Assembly: GCA_045654305.1 (NCBI GenBank)
Contig: JAZONB010000033.1
Coordinates: 1 to 47,954 of the forward strand
Direction of reading: 5' to 3'
Length of the DNA stretch: 47,954 bases
Source: Acutalibacteraceae bacterium
GTDB lineage: Bacteria > Bacillota > Clostridia > Oscillospirales > Acutalibacteraceae
The notes beneath the pieces are model-generated. The model made no database searches. It was not told where the DNA came from and worked only from the letters and a program-made list of their open reading frames with translations. The first letter of the stretch is position 1. The number at the start of each line of letters is the position of its first letter. The translations under genes were made by a program, and so were the position numbers. Of the stretch, positions 9,141-19,833 are shown piece after piece.

Positions 9141-11573
9141 TTGAAATATAACTTTAACGGTTTTACATCGAAAGCAAACGAAGCTTTAAATTTAGCAATC
9201 AGCTTTGCTGAGAGTATGGGACATACCTATGTCGGAAGCGAGCATTTGCTTTTAGGACTTTTAAAATTAGGTAATGGTGTTGCGTGGGCAGTTTTAAATA
9301 AAAACGGTGTTAATGCTGATGATATAGAGGAACTATTGCGCTCAGAAATAGGCTCAGGCACACCTACAAAGCTTTCGCCTGATTATTTCACTCCGCGCGC
9401 TAAAAAAGCCATAGAAACGGCTTTAAGAGGATGTAACAGTATGGGCAAAAAATATGCCGGTACAGAACATCTGCTTATCGGTATTTTGAGTGAGGGTGAT
9501 AATTTTGCAATACGCTTTATAAACAACTCCGGAGCAGATGTTTCAATGATTGTTAATGAATCATTAAAGGCAACGGGAATTGACCCAATGAATGATAACA
9601 TTAATAAGGAAGCATCGAATAAGAAGAGTAATAACAAGGATAGTGTTCTAGGAAAATACGGCATAGATTTAACCGAACAAGCTCAAAAAGGCAAAATCGA
9701 CCCCGTAATAGGCAGAACGAATGAAATAGATAGAGTTATACAAATTCTTTGTCGCCGAAATAAGAACAACCCTTGTCTTATAGGAGAGCCGGGAGTAGGT
9801 AAAACTGCTATTATAGAAGGCTTGGCTCAAAGGATAGTTGACGGTAAAGTTCCTGATATTCTTGAAAACAAACGCTTAATAACATTAAATCTTACCGGTA
9901 TGGTTGCGGGTACTAAGTATCGCGGTGACTTTGAGGAAAGAATCAAGAGCGTTATTGATGAAGTTACCTCTCGCGATGATATTATACTTTTCATTGACGA
10001 GGTGCATACAATTATAGGTGCAGGCTCCGCAGAGGGCGCAACCGATGCGGCTAATATTTTAAAACCAGCTTTGGCAAGAGGCGAATTTCAGCTTATCGGT
10101 GCAACAACAATTAATGAATACCGCAAAAATATCGAAAAGGATTCTGCATTAGAGCGCCGTTTTCAGCCTGTAACGGTTAACGAGCCAAATGAAAGTGATG
10201 CACTGCTCATTCTAAAAGGTCTTAAAGACAAATATGAGGCGCATCACAAGGTTGTTATAACTGACGAGGCATTAGAAACAGCAGTTAGTCTTTCGGTAAG
10301 ATATATCAGTGATAGATATTTGCCTGACAAAGCCATTGATTTAATTGATGAGGCGGCTGCCAAGGTAAGGCTAAACGTCAGCGCTGAGCCCGATGAGTTT
10401 AGAACGCTTGAAGAAAAGATTTCTGACATTGAAGCCGAAAAAGAGGAGGCGAGTAATGCTCAGGAATTTGAAAAAGCTGCTAAACTCAGAGATAAAGAAA
10501 ATGGTCTCAAGAGTGAGCTCGAAGAAAAAAGAAAGGCTTGGCAGGAAAAAAACGGTCACAGTAACGGAAAAGTAACTTCCGAAGATATTGCAGATATTAT
10601 TTCATTATCTACGGGTATTCCTGTAGCACAGCTTTCAGAGGCAGAAAGCGAGCGTCTGCTTCGTTTAGAGGATGAACTCCATCAAAGGATTATCGGTCAA
10701 GAAGAGGCAGTGACGGCTGTTTCTAAGGCTATTCGCCGAGGCAGAGTGGGACTTAAAGACCCCAAACGACCAATTGGCTCATTTATATTCTTAGGACCAA
10801 CCGGTGTCGGCAAAACCGAACTTTGCAAGGCGCTTTCTTCGGCTATGTTTGGTAGTGAAAATGCAATGATTAGACTTGATATGTCGGAGTATATGGAAAA
10901 GCATACCGTGTCACGTCTTATCGGCTCACCTCCAGGTTATGTTGGTTTTGAAGAGGGCGGTCAGTTGACCGAAAAGGTCAGAAAAAAACCGTATTCGGTT
11001 GTTTTGTTTGATGAAATTGAAAAGGCGCATCCTGATGTCTTTAATATGCTCCTTCAAATTTTAGAGGACGGCATTTTAACTGATTCACAGGGAAGACGTG
11101 TTGATTTCAAAAATACTATAATCATTATGACTTCTAATGTGGGAGCGAGAAAATTAACCGAAAGGAAAGTAAGCTTTGGTTTCGGTGAGTCTAACGATGT
11201 TAACGAAAATGTAAAAGATGCCGCCTTAGGCGAGCTTAAAGCCACATTTAGGCCCGAGTTTTTAAACCGTGTTGATGATATTATAGTATTTTCAAAGCTC
11301 TCGCAAACAGAGATAGCAAAGATTGCTCAAAAAATGCTTGAAAATCTGCGAGACAGAATTTCTAATCTCAACATTGAGTTTAATTGGGATGAAAATGTAG
11401 AAATTGCATTGTCTGAAAAAGGTTTTGATGATGTCTACGGAGCTAGACCCTTGCGCAGAGAGATTCAAAGCAAAATTGAGGACACATTAAGTGAAAAAAT
11501 ACTTGATTCAACGATAAAAAACGGCGATAAAGTTACTTGTGTTTTTAATGATGGAAAATTTGAATTTATATAA
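9141..11573 (+). CDS. clpC: ATP-dependent Clp protease ATP-binding subunit ClpC
   Basis: TTG start behind AAAGGTG. It has two Clp_N repeats, Walker A motifs GEPGVGKT and GPTGVGKT, and a UVR-like linker ([11 protein letters not shown]). Length is 810 aa. Confidence 0.94.
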   Translation: MKYNFNGFTSKANEALNLAISFAESMGHTYVGSEHLLLGLLKLGNGVAWAVLNKNGVNADDIEELLRSEIGSGTPTKLSPDYFTPRAKKAIETALRGCNSMGKKYAGTEHLLIGILSEGDNFAIRFINNSGADVSMIVNESLKATGIDPMNDNINKEASNKKSNNKDSVLGKYGIDLTEQAQKGKIDPVIGRTNEIDRVIQILCRRNKNNPCLIGEPGVGKTAIIEGLAQRIVDGKVPDILENKRLITLNLTGMVAGTKYRGDFEERIKSVIDEVTSRDDIILFIDEVHTIIGAGSAEGATDAANILKPALARGEFQLIGATTINEYRKNIEKDSALERRFQPVTVNEPNESDALLILKGLKDKYEAHHKVVITDEALETAVSLSVRYISDRYLPDKAIDLIDEAAAKVRLNVSAEPDEFRTLEEKISDIEAEKEEASNAQEFEKAAKLRDKENGLKSELEEKRKAWQEKNGHSNGKVTSEDIADIISLSTGIPVAQLSEAESERLLRLEDELHQRIIGQEEAVTAVSKAIRRGRVGLKDPKRPIGSFIFLGPTGVGKTELCKALSSAMFGSENAMIRLDMSEYMEKHTVSRLIGSPPGYVGFEEGGQLTEKVRKKPYSVVLFDEIEKAHPDVFNMLLQILEDGILTDSQGRRVDFKNTIIIMTSNVGARKLTERKVSFGFGESNDVNENVKDAALGELKATFRPEFLNRVDDIIVFSKLSQTEIAKIAQKMLENLRDRISNLNIEFNWDENVEIALSEKGFDDVYGARPLRREIQSKIEDTLSEKILDSTIKNGDKVTCVFNDGKFEFI

Positions 11574-11603
11574 AAAATAACTCCCATAAGGGAGTTATTT
11601 TTT
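11574..11603. terminator. Bidirectional rho-independent terminator
   Basis: Hairpin aataactccc/gggagttatt, flanked by an A-run and a T-run, between convergent genes. Confidence 0.8.
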
Positions 11604-12015
11604 ATGGTTTACAACGGCTACAAGGCTTATATCCGTTAGCAATACATTCATCTTTTGTGGAAAAATAAACTTTATTTTCATCTTTCATATTTTTGGAATA
11701 TGTACAGCCAAGCGAATGATATATCTTGCTGTTTTTGTTGCCGCAAAAGCTTTTAACTGCCTGATTTTGGTTATCTATTACCGCAGTGTCATCAACGCTT
11801 ATGCTGTTTGGCATTCCGTCATTTGCAGTGATATTTTGTGAAAAATCATCAAGAGTATTCAAATTATCCGGTTTTTCACCACTTTTTTCAAAAACCTCAA
11901 CAGGTTTTCTTTCGGATTCATTTAGCGGCAGAAAATTTACATAACTGTAAACGCAAATAGAAATAACAGCGACAATAGGAAAAATTATTAGCCAATTAAA
12001 TTTTTTCCTTTTCAT
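11602..12015 (-). CDS. Membrane-anchored protein with a C-terminal Cys-rich Ada-Zn-like (sunset-type) domain
   Basis: An N-terminal TM helix, then a C-terminus KIYHSLGCTYSKNM...YFSTKDECIANGYKPCSRCKP. It overlaps the upstream gene by 20 nt. Confidence 0.6.
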   Translation of the reverse strand: MKRKKFNWLIIFPIVAVISICVYSYVNFLPLNESERKPVEVFEKSGEKPDNLNTLDDFSQNITANDGMPNSISVDDTAVIDNQNQAVKSFCGNKNSKIYHSLGCTYSKNMKDENKVYFSTKDECIANGYKPCSRCKP

Positions 12016-13354
12016 TTATATCTTCCTTCTTAAAACCCTCTGAACTGTCCTTTGAAAAAACTGCTTTTAGAGTTAAAATCATAAGTTTAAAATCTTGTAG
12101 GAGAGAGTAGTTTTCAATGTATATAAGGTCCATTTTCAGCTTGTTTTTGGGTGTCGTATTATGTTTTCCGTAAATTTGTGCATAGCCGGTAATTCCTGTT
12201 TTTACACGATGTCTAAGGTCAAATTCGGGGAATTTCTTTGAGTATTCATAAACATTTTCGGCATTTTCGGGACGTGGTCCCACAAGCGACATATCACCCA
12301 AAAAAACATTAAAAAGCTGTGGGAGTTCATCAAACCTAAGAGGACGTATTATCTTTCCGACGGGTGTAATACGACTGTCATTATCCTCAGTTTTTTTAAC
12401 CCCTTTAATGTTTTTATCGGCATCAACTATCATCGAACGAAACTTTAGAATATTAAAAATTTCACCGTTTTTTGTAACACGGTTTTGTTTAAAGAAAACC
12501 GGTCCGCCGTCTTGCAATTTAACAGCAAGAGCAGTGAGGAGCATAATAGGGGAGAAAAGTATTATCAAAACCGAGGAAAAGATAATATCAATTATTCTTT
12601 TAACAATAGTCTGTTCGTAGGTGAGCCCGCGGTTTCGGTTCATAAGCACAGGAATATCGCCAATTTGAATTTCGTAACTGTTGCTTATAATAATATCATT
12701 GATAGAGGGTAGTAAATATGTGCGTTTTTGGTTGGTATAGCAATAAAGTAAAATGGTTTGTTCAATATCACCTGATAAATTGCAAATTATGACACATTCA
12801 TATTTATCAATCATTCGTTTAATTTCATCGGTCGTGGTATTGTTAACATTAATGCCTTGTTCAATTTTAAAACGGTCGGGTGTAGCACCCATCTGATTTA
12901 TGAGCTTAAAACCCTCTTCATCGCTGAATATCGCCAACATTCTTCGCGCTTTGTATAAAAGATAGTAAATTGTATTTGCGCAGTAGCTTCCGATTGAAAT
13001 AATAATAATCTGAAAAACAAGTCCTGATAGCATCGGAATGGGATTTAGCAAATATTCTGTTATAAGGCTAAGTTCAAAATATATGAAAATATTTGTCAAA
13101 ATCAGCGAAATTGTAAAATAATATATTATTTCGTGAAGTCGGTAAACGCCGATTCGCATAGCCTTAAAAGTGGTAGAAAATATGGTTAAAAGCATGACAA
13201 ATGAAAAGGTAATTAAATAATTACCTTTTCTGAAAAGCATAGCGTCGGGATAGTTGTTAACCCAAATATCAATAAAACTGAATGTCACCGAAGCAATTAT
13301 CATAGCTTTAACGATGAGCATAATCGATTTTCTGAATTTTATAAATAAGTTCAT
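11996..13354 (-). CDS. Polyprenyl-phosphate glycosyl-1-phosphate transferase (bacterial sugar transferase, WbaP/EpsE-like)
   Basis: Multi-TM N-terminus and a C-terminal catalytic domain: PVFFKQNRVTKNGEIFNILKFRSM, RFDELPQLFNVFLGDMSLVGPRPE. Confidence 0.88.
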   Translation of the reverse strand: MNLFIKFRKSIMLIVKAMIIASVTFSFIDIWVNNYPDAMLFRKGNYLITFSFVMLLTIFSTTFKAMRIGVYRLHEIIYYFTISLILTNIFIYFELSLITEYLLNPIPMLSGLVFQIIIISIGSYCANTIYYLLYKARRMLAIFSDEEGFKLINQMGATPDRFKIEQGINVNNTTTDEIKRMIDKYECVIICNLSGDIEQTILLYCYTNQKRTYLLPSINDIIISNSYEIQIGDIPVLMNRNRGLTYEQTIVKRIIDIIFSSVLIILFSPIMLLTALAVKLQDGGPVFFKQNRVTKNGEIFNILKFRSMIVDADKNIKGVKKTEDNDSRITPVGKIIRPLRFDELPQLFNVFLGDMSLVGPRPENAENVYEYSKKFPEFDLRHRVKTGITGYAQIYGKHNTTPKNKLKMDLIYIENYSLLQDFKLMILTLKAVFSKDSSEGFKKEDINEKEKI

Positions 13355-13396
13355 ATTATACTTCCGTTTTCTTTTTTATATCTTTATTATATTTCA

Positions 13397-13930
13397 CTAA
13401 TGAGAAATGTCAAGTACATTAACCTCAGCGACCGGCGGCAGAAAAATGCCGAGGGATGGCGGATTATGAGTAAATATTGCGAATGATATTGCAATTAAAA
13501 TTGTTATAACTAAAGCTAATCTTTCTGAAAATTTTGTTTTAAATTTGTTGCTGTTAAGTAGTTTGTTTTGCATAATAACGGTTAATAATACGCCGATATA
13601 ATAAATAGTAATATTCAAAAAATCAATATTTCTTCCAATGACACCGCGATAGGTATAAAATAATACTATAATTGCAAGCATTCCTATAAGTATCGAAATT
13701 AGTGAAGATAATATATAGTTTTTAGGTTTCTCATTTATTAAAAAATAACATACCGTAAAATATATTACAGCAGGAAAGAAAAGTAATTTCAAATGCTCCC
13801 ATGTGCTTTCGTTGATGGGGAAAATGAGACCGACCACGTATCTTTTACCGGTTAATTCGTATATGAAATGACTTAATGTGCCAAGTATAGATATTATTAA
13901 AAACGCCGTACTCTTTTTGCAATTTTTCAT
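13397..13930 (-). CDS. Multi-pass membrane protein (DUF6512-like by recollection)
   Basis: 177 aa with 5-6 predicted TM helices and the motif INESTWEHLKLLFFP. Confidence 0.55.
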   Translation of the reverse strand: MKNCKKSTAFLIISILGTLSHFIYELTGKRYVVGLIFPINESTWEHLKLLFFPAVIYFTVCYFLINEKPKNYILSSLISILIGMLAIIVLFYTYRGVIGRNIDFLNITIYYIGVLLTVIMQNKLLNSNKFKTKFSERLALVITILIAISFAIFTHNPPSLGIFLPPVAEVNVLDISH

Positions 13931-14062
13931 TTGCTTTCACCCCATATAATTATTATTTAAAGGGTTATAGTATTTATACCGTTATTTCTTGACAAAATTG
14001 CTTTAAGAATGTAAAATTGGTATAAAAACATATGTAAATTTTCTATGATTGGAGTTTTGTAT

Positions 14063-14545
14063 ATGAAATATGAAGTTTTAAAATTATTAGCGAGAAATGC
14101 GCGCTATACACATGCGGAAATCGCGGTAATGCTTGGTGTTGATGAAAAGGATGTAACAAAAGCAATTTCAGAGCTTGAAAGCGATGGGATTCTTAAAGGC
14201 TATAAAGCTATTGTTGACTGGGAAAAAACCGATGACGCACTTGTTTCTGCAATTATTGAAATAAATGTTATTCCAAAGGCAGGTCTCGGTTTTGAAGAGG
14301 TTGCTGAAAAAATTATGAAATATCCACAGGTGGAGTCTGTTTATTTAATGTCGGGTGTATATGATTTAAATGTTGTTGTTAAAGGAAAAACGCTACAGGA
14401 AATTGCATGGTTTGTTTCTAAGGAATTATCAACAATTGATTCTGTTACTAATACTACAACTCATTTTGTGCTAAGAAGATACAAAGAAATGGATGTTGAA
14501 CTTGTTAGCGGTGAGGATGATGATAGGGGACAGATTTGGGTATGA
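14063..14545 (+). CDS. Lrp/AsnC family transcriptional regulator
   Basis: Start at ATG 14063 behind GGAG. It has an N-terminal HTH (ARYTHAEIAVMLGVDEKDV) and an AsnC-type ligand domain. Its stop overlaps the next start (ATGA). Confidence 0.85.
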   Translation: MKYEVLKLLARNARYTHAEIAVMLGVDEKDVTKAISELESDGILKGYKAIVDWEKTDDALVSAIIEINVIPKAGLGFEEVAEKIMKYPQVESVYLMSGVYDLNVVVKGKTLQEIAWFVSKELSTIDSVTNTTTHFVLRRYKEMDVELVSGEDDDRGQIWV

Positions 14546-15714
14546 TAGATTATAGCAAGGTTATTACTCAAACGGTGCGTGATATCAAACCTTCGGGTAT
14601 CAGACGCTTTTTTGATATTGCCTCAAGTATGAAAGATGTAATATCACTCGGAGTTGGAGAACCTGATTTTCAAACCCCTTGGCAGGTACGAAAAGCGGGT
14701 ATAAACTCGCTCGAAAAAGGCAAAACAAAATATACATCAAATAAGGGCGATAGTAAGTTGGTTGCTGAGATTTCTAAATATATGGAAAGAAAGTACTCAG
14801 TTTCATATTCGCCCGAAACTGATATTTTTGTAACTGTTGGCGGCAGCGAAGCAATCGACGCTTGTATTAGGGCTATTGTTTCTAACGGAGAAGAGGTTAT
14901 AATTCCACAGCCTAGTTATGTCTGTTATGAGCCGATTACACGGCTTGCAGGCGGTGTGCCCGTAATAATTAACACAAAAGCAGAAAATGATTTTAAAGTA
15001 ACGCCTGAGGAATTGCGCGAAGCAATTACCGAAAAAACTAAGCTTTTAATTTTGCCGTATCCTTGTAACCCGACGGGTGCTATTATGGAAAAAGAGGATA
15101 TTGAGGCGCTTTATAATGTTTTAAAGGATACAAATATAGTTGTTTTATCTGATGAAATTTATTCTGAACTCACATTTAATTCTATGCCGCATTGTAGCGT
15201 AGCTTCCGTAGAGGGAATGAAAGAAAGAACGGTTGTAGTCAATGGTTTTTCTAAAGCCTTTTCAATGACCGGATGGCGTTTAGGATTTGCTTGCGGTCCA
15301 AAAGAACTTATTGCACCAATGCTTAAAATTCATCAGTATGCAATAATGTGTGCCCCCACAACGTCTCAATATGCCGCTATTGAAGCTTTACGCTCCTGTG
15401 ATGAAGATGTAAATTTAATGGTTGAGGAATATAATCGCCGCCGCAAATTTATTGTTAATGGTTTTAATAAGATAGGTTTAGAATGCAGAGAGCCTAAAGG
15501 TGCATTTTATGCATTTCCTTCAATTAAGAGTACAGGACTTACTAGTGAAGAGTTTTGTCAAAGACTTATTGAAAGCAAAAAGGTTGCAGTAGTCCCCGGA
15601 AATGCTTTCGGTGACAGTGGAGAAGGTTTTGTAAGAGCGTCTTACTGTTATTCTGTTGAGCACATATCGGAAGCTTTGCGACGCATTGAAGAATTTATAA
15701 AAGAGATAAAATAA
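14542..15714 (+). CDS. PLP-dependent aminotransferase, class I/II (aspartate/aromatic type)
   Basis: SGIRRFFD, PCNPTG, and the PLP lysine motif NGFSKAFSMTGWRLG. It is translationally coupled to the Lrp gene. Confidence 0.9.
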   Translation: MIDYSKVITQTVRDIKPSGIRRFFDIASSMKDVISLGVGEPDFQTPWQVRKAGINSLEKGKTKYTSNKGDSKLVAEISKYMERKYSVSYSPETDIFVTVGGSEAIDACIRAIVSNGEEVIIPQPSYVCYEPITRLAGGVPVIINTKAENDFKVTPEELREAITEKTKLLILPYPCNPTGAIMEKEDIEALYNVLKDTNIVVLSDEIYSELTFNSMPHCSVASVEGMKERTVVVNGFSKAFSMTGWRLGFACGPKELIAPMLKIHQYAIMCAPTTSQYAAIEALRSCDEDVNLMVEEYNRRRKFIVNGFNKIGLECREPKGAFYAFPSIKSTGLTSEEFCQRLIESKKVAVVPGNAFGDSGEGFVRASYCYSVEHISEALRRIEEFIKEIK

Positions 15715-15739
15715 AAAACCGCCGATTGGCGGTTTTTTA
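15714..15739. terminator. Bidirectional rho-independent terminator
   Basis: aaaaaccgcc gatt ggcggtttttt between convergent genes. Confidence 0.85.
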
Positions 15740-16270
15740 TTTTGAAAAATGCTCATTGTAATTGTTGATAGCATCTTTGATGATTTTAATTGCTTCTTTT
15801 CTGCCTTTGATTTCCTTAACGGCAGTTTGCTTATTTTCAAGATGCTTGTAAACCTTGAAAAAATGCATCATTTCGTCAAAAATATGCGATGGCAAATCCT
15901 CGATGTTTTTGTAATTGTTGTATGTGGGGTCATTGAACGGAATTGCAATGATTTTTTCATCACGGCTTCCACTATCGTACATGGTAATAACGCCTATAGG
16001 ATAAGCACGAGCAAGTGTTAAGGGTTCTAACTTTTCAGAACAAAGCAGAAGAACATCCAACGGATCGTTATCATCACCGTAGGTGCGAGGGATAAAACCG
16101 TAGTTTGCGGGATAGTGTGTGGAAGTATACAGTATACGGTCAAGAATTATATAACCGGTTTCCTTGTCAAGTTCATATTTTTTCTTGCTGTCCTTGGAAA
16201 TTTCGATTACAGTAATAAAATCCTCAGGACTGATTCTGTTTGGGTTAATGTCGTGCCAGATATTTGACAT
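15737..16270 (-). CDS. ppa: Inorganic pyrophosphatase, family I
   Basis: KYELDKETG, YPANYGFIPRTYGDDNDPLDVLLL. Length is 177 aa. Confidence 0.92.
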   Translation of the reverse strand: MSNIWHDINPNRISPEDFITVIEISKDSKKKYELDKETGYIILDRILYTSTHYPANYGFIPRTYGDDNDPLDVLLLCSEKLEPLTLARAYPIGVITMYDSGSRDEKIIAIPFNDPTYNNYKNIEDLPSHIFDEMMHFFKVYKHLENKQTAVKEIKGRKEAIKIIKDAINNYNEHFSK

Positions 16271-16289
16271 GAAGTCACTCCTTAAATCA

Positions 16290-17030
16290 TTATAGTACTT
16301 TGCTTAAAAAGTCTTTGAGACGGGCACTTTGTGGATTTTTGAAGATATTTTCAGGTGCGCCTTCTTCGGCAATTATACCGTCGTCAATGAAAATCACACG
16401 GTCTGCAACCTCACGCGCAAAACCCATTTCATGGGTAACGATTGCCATAGTCATACCTTCGTTAGCCAAGGATTTGATAACTTCCAAAACTTCCCCTACC
16501 ATTTCAGGGTCTAAAGCGGATGTAGGCTCGTCAAAAAGCATAACATCAGGTTTCATACACAACGCACGGACAATAGCGACACGCTGTTTCTGTCCTCCTG
16601 ATAGTTGAGATGGATACGCATTTGCTCGGTCGGCAAGGCCTACACGTTCCAAAAGTTCCATTGCTCTTTTTTCGGCATCTTCCTTTGAAAGTTTTAACAG
16701 TTTCATAGGAGCCAATGTCATATTTTTTAAAATGGTCATATGAGGGAATAAATTAAATTGCTGGAACACCATACCGATTTTTTGGCGGTGAACGTTAATG
16801 TTACTACCTTTATCGGTAATATCTGCCCCCTCGAAATATATATGACCGCCTGTTGGTTCTTCTAAAAGGTTTAAGGTGCGTAAAAATGTCGATTTTCCGC
16901 ATCCTGATGGGCCGATAATTACAACAACCTCGCCCTTTTTAATTTCTGTAGTAATACCATTTAAAACCTGTAATTTTCCAAAGGCTTTTTCCAGCGCATC
17001 TACTTTAATTAAAGTTTCATTAGTGGTCAC
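16290..17030 (-). CDS. Amino-acid ABC transporter ATP-binding protein
   Basis: Walker [10 protein letters not shown], signature [11 protein letters not shown], Walker [12 protein letters not shown]. GlnQ-like. GTG start. Confidence 0.92.
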   Translation of the reverse strand: MTTNETLIKVDALEKAFGKLQVLNGITTEIKKGEVVVIIGPSGCGKSTFLRTLNLLEEPTGGHIYFEGADITDKGSNINVHRQKIGMVFQQFNLFPHMTILKNMTLAPMKLLKLSKEDAEKRAMELLERVGLADRANAYPSQLSGGQKQRVAIVRALCMKPDVMLFDEPTSALDPEMVGEVLEVIKSLANEGMTMAIVTHEMGFAREVADRVIFIDDGIIAEEGAPENIFKNPQSARLKDFLSKVL

Positions 17031-17742
17031 TGTTTCTCAGCCTCCTCTCTAAAATACCTACAAGTTTTGTCAGAATCATTACAACAATTAAGTATATAAT
17101 TGCAACGGTAATCAGGGGAATAAAGTAGGAGAAAGTTCTACCTGCAATAGTATTTCCTGCTTTTGTCAAGTCTATTACTCCAACATAACCTGCAACTGAG
17201 GTTTCTTTTAGTAAAACTATAAATTCATTACATAGGGTAGGGAGTACAACCTTAAACATTTGGGGAACTATTATGTAAATCATAGTTTGAATGTAGTTGA
17301 GTCCTAAACTTCTGCCAGCCTCGAATTGTCCGTTATCAATAGCCATAATACCGCTACGGAAAATTTCAGCAACATAGGCACCTGAATTTATACCAAATGC
17401 GAATGTTGCAATTGCAACACCATTGTCGGTAGAGGTGAAAATTATAAAATAGAAAATCATTAGTTGAACAACCACAGGAGTTCCTCTTATGACCGTCAAA
17501 TAAATTTTGCAAATGCAATCCAAAACCGACATAATGTAGTATGAAATACCGGCACTTTTCTTAAAATGGTCTTTATTTTTGTCGTATGTAGAACGAATTA
17601 CAGCAACAATAACGCCTAAAAAGATTCCCAAGGCTAAGGAGCCAAGAGTGATTAAAAAGGTGTTTTTAAGACCGGTTATAATAAAGTCGAAACGGTTGTT
17701 TTCGAACATTACGCGGCTGAATTCTTGAATGAAATTTTTCAC
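17020..17742 (-). CDS. Amino-acid ABC transporter permease
   Basis: Polar amino-acid permease with an EAA-type loop ([15 protein letters not shown]). GTG start. It overlaps the ATPase gene. Confidence 0.88.
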   Translation of the reverse strand: MKNFIQEFSRVMFENNRFDFIITGLKNTFLITLGSLALGIFLGVIVAVIRSTYDKNKDHFKKSAGISYYIMSVLDCICKIYLTVIRGTPVVVQLMIFYFIIFTSTDNGVAIATFAFGINSGAYVAEIFRSGIMAIDNGQFEAGRSLGLNYIQTMIYIIVPQMFKVVLPTLCNEFIVLLKETSVAGYVGVIDLTKAGNTIAGRTFSYFIPLITVAIIYLIVVMILTKLVGILERRLRNSDH

Positions 17743-17761
17743 TTTGAAATTTCCCTTCGTT

Positions 17762-17797
17762 AAAGATAAATAAAACGGGGCGATGTTAACGCCCCGT
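17762..17797 (-). terminator. Intra-operon hairpin/attenuator between the binding-protein and permease genes
   Basis: An 8-bp GC-rich stem acggggcg/cgccccgt with a 7-nt loop, followed on the minus strand by a T-rich tract. Confidence 0.6.
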
Positions 17798-17812
17798 AAA
17801 GAATAATATCAA

Positions 17813-18628
17813 TTACTCTTTTGGAAGAAAGTATTTTTCTAAGTCTTCGAAAGTATTGATTTTGCTGCCTTCTTCTTTTGTGATAACAACCTGAATACCG
17901 GTAGCATAGGTGGTTGAGAAGTCAACCTTTTCAAGTCTTTCATCGGTAACGGTCATACCAGCCATACCCATTGAGTATTTTCCGGTTTGAACACCAGGGA
18001 TGATAGAGTCGAAAGCAACATTTTCGATTACCAAGTCATAGCCTAATTTATCAGCAATGATTTTAGCAACCTCAACGTCAACACCGTAGTACTTGTCACC
18101 GTCAATGTACTCGTAAGGGGGGAATTCTGCGTTGGTAGCCATAACAAGGTTTGGCTTATCTGTGTCAACAGCTTCAACAGGAACACCAACGAGGGCAGCA
18201 GCATCGGGATTGTTGATGTATTTATCCATAATAGCTTTAACAGAACCGTCAGCAATTAAATCCTTTAATGCGTTGTCAACCTTTTCTTTCATGTCACTGC
18301 CTTTTTTGAAGCAGATAGCATAATCCTCATTAGCGTACTCGGTTTCAAGGATTTTAAGACCGGTGTTAGCAGCAACAAAGGATTTAGCAGGCTCGTTATC
18401 AATAATAACGCAGTCAACCTTATTGTTCTTAAGAGCCTCAATTGCAGCGGCACCATTGTCATAACGGGTAACAGCATCTTCGCCGAAGTCACCGGAAGCA
18501 TAAATATCACCGGTAGTTGTTGTTTGAACACCAATTTTTATGGTATCCTTTTTCTCGCCGCAGCCTGCAAAACAAAGGCATAAACAAACTGCTAGACATA
18601 AGCTTAAGATTTTTGTTAAGTTTTTCAT
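17813..18628 (-). CDS. Amino-acid ABC transporter substrate-binding lipoprotein
   Basis: Signal peptide with the lipobox LCFAGCG. Family-3 solute-binding fold. RBS AAGGAG. Confidence 0.85.
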   Translation of the reverse strand: MKNLTKILSLCLAVCLCLCFAGCGEKKDTIKIGVQTTTTGDIYASGDFGEDAVTRYDNGAAAIEALKNNKVDCVIIDNEPAKSFVAANTGLKILETEYANEDYAICFKKGSDMKEKVDNALKDLIADGSVKAIMDKYINNPDAAALVGVPVEAVDTDKPNLVMATNAEFPPYEYIDGDKYYGVDVEVAKIIADKLGYDLVIENVAFDSIIPGVQTGKYSMGMAGMTVTDERLEKVDFSTTYATGIQVVITKEEGSKINTFEDLEKYFLPKE

Positions 18629-18713
18629 AATTACAACTCCTTAAAGTTAGTAAGGAAATTATAACACTTTACTTTGCAAAAGTCAACTAATTTTTGGCAT
18701 AATTATGCATAAT

Positions 18714-19088
18714 TTATAGAATACTGTGCATATTAAATGAATTATCTTCTAATAATTGATGCAACAGAGTCTTAACTGTACCTGAATACTCATAAAAGAT
18801 TTCACTGTTTTCGGTTTGCGAATATACCGAAAGAGAATTAATTGCTCTTTCAATTTCATCAAGATTATCATGATGAGCAAAAACCGAAAGATAATCCTCT
18901 TGCTTATCCCAATAATTTTTTAGTTTTTTTGCGGCTACTTCGGGATTTGCGCTTTTTTTATATTCGGTAATACAACTTTCTAACAAGTGATTACTTTCTT
19001 TAATTACTTTTTTGATATATATGTTTCCGCTAAAATGAATTGCTGCTATTATAACAGCAATTACCCCTGCGGCGATTAGTCTTTTCAT
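18714..19088 (-). CDS. DUF4363 family protein
   Basis: 124 aa with an N-terminal TM helix. It forms the usual pairing with the upstream DUF421 gene (ATGA overlap). Confidence 0.6.
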   Translation of the reverse strand: MKRLIAAGVIAVIIAAIHFSGNIYIKKVIKESNHLLESCITEYKKSANPEVAAKKLKNYWDKQEDYLSVFAHHDNLDEIERAINSLSVYSQTENSEIFYEYSGTVKTLLHQLLEDNSFNMHSIL

Positions 19089-19762
19089 TTTTTATCACTT
19101 TTCCTTATAATTGTCGCCTTTTTTTCTTTATCGAGTGTCATTAAAAACACATCTTCGAGTTTAACCCTTTCGCGTTCTAATAATAATAGCAATTCTTTTT
19201 GTGTGACATTCAAATTTTTACAGGTATCTTTAATGATTTTTCCATCACTGATAATGGGTAACGGCAGGGTTGCCGATTTTGGTTTTAATTCAATATCACT
19301 TGGAGTCAAAGTTTGTTTTTGTGATTTCAGCATAACACTTAAATCCCCATTAACTTCTAATACAGCAAATTCAACATCCTCAATTTCGAAAACATCCTGA
19401 CCTCTCAAAAGTTCTACCAAATCAAGTATTGTCATTCTTACTTTTTTCATTGCATTTTGGTCAATAACACCATTTTTTATTATAATAACAGACTGACCGC
19501 TCATTAGCTTTCTGAATGACATACTTTTCATAGCAATAAATGACAGTAAAATTTCTAAAATCACAAGTACAAATATTGAACAAACACCGTTTAAAATAGG
19601 TTGATTACTGTCCTGTAGCGGTATTGCTGCAATTTCGGAAATCACAAGAGTCACCACCAATTCATTTGGCTGCATATCTCCTATTTGCCTTTTGCCCATA
19701 AGTCTGATACCAAGGGTGAGTACAATATAAAGTATTAGTGTTCTGATAATTATTGATAACAT
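19085..19762 (-). CDS. DUF421 (YetF-like) membrane protein
   Basis: RLMGKRQIGDMQPNELVVTLVISEIAA is typical of the YetF/YdfS family. Confidence 0.75.
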   Translation of the reverse strand: MLSIIIRTLILYIVLTLGIRLMGKRQIGDMQPNELVVTLVISEIAAIPLQDSNQPILNGVCSIFVLVILEILLSFIAMKSMSFRKLMSGQSVIIIKNGVIDQNAMKKVRMTILDLVELLRGQDVFEIEDVEFAVLEVNGDLSVMLKSQKQTLTPSDIELKPKSATLPLPIISDGKIIKDTCKNLNVTQKELLLLLERERVKLEDVFLMTLDKEKKATIIRKSDKK

Positions 19763-19833
19763 TTTATCACCTATTGACGATTTATTGAAAGAGTGCTATA
19801 CTTAGTGCAAATCAAAATAGAGGTAATTGCAAA

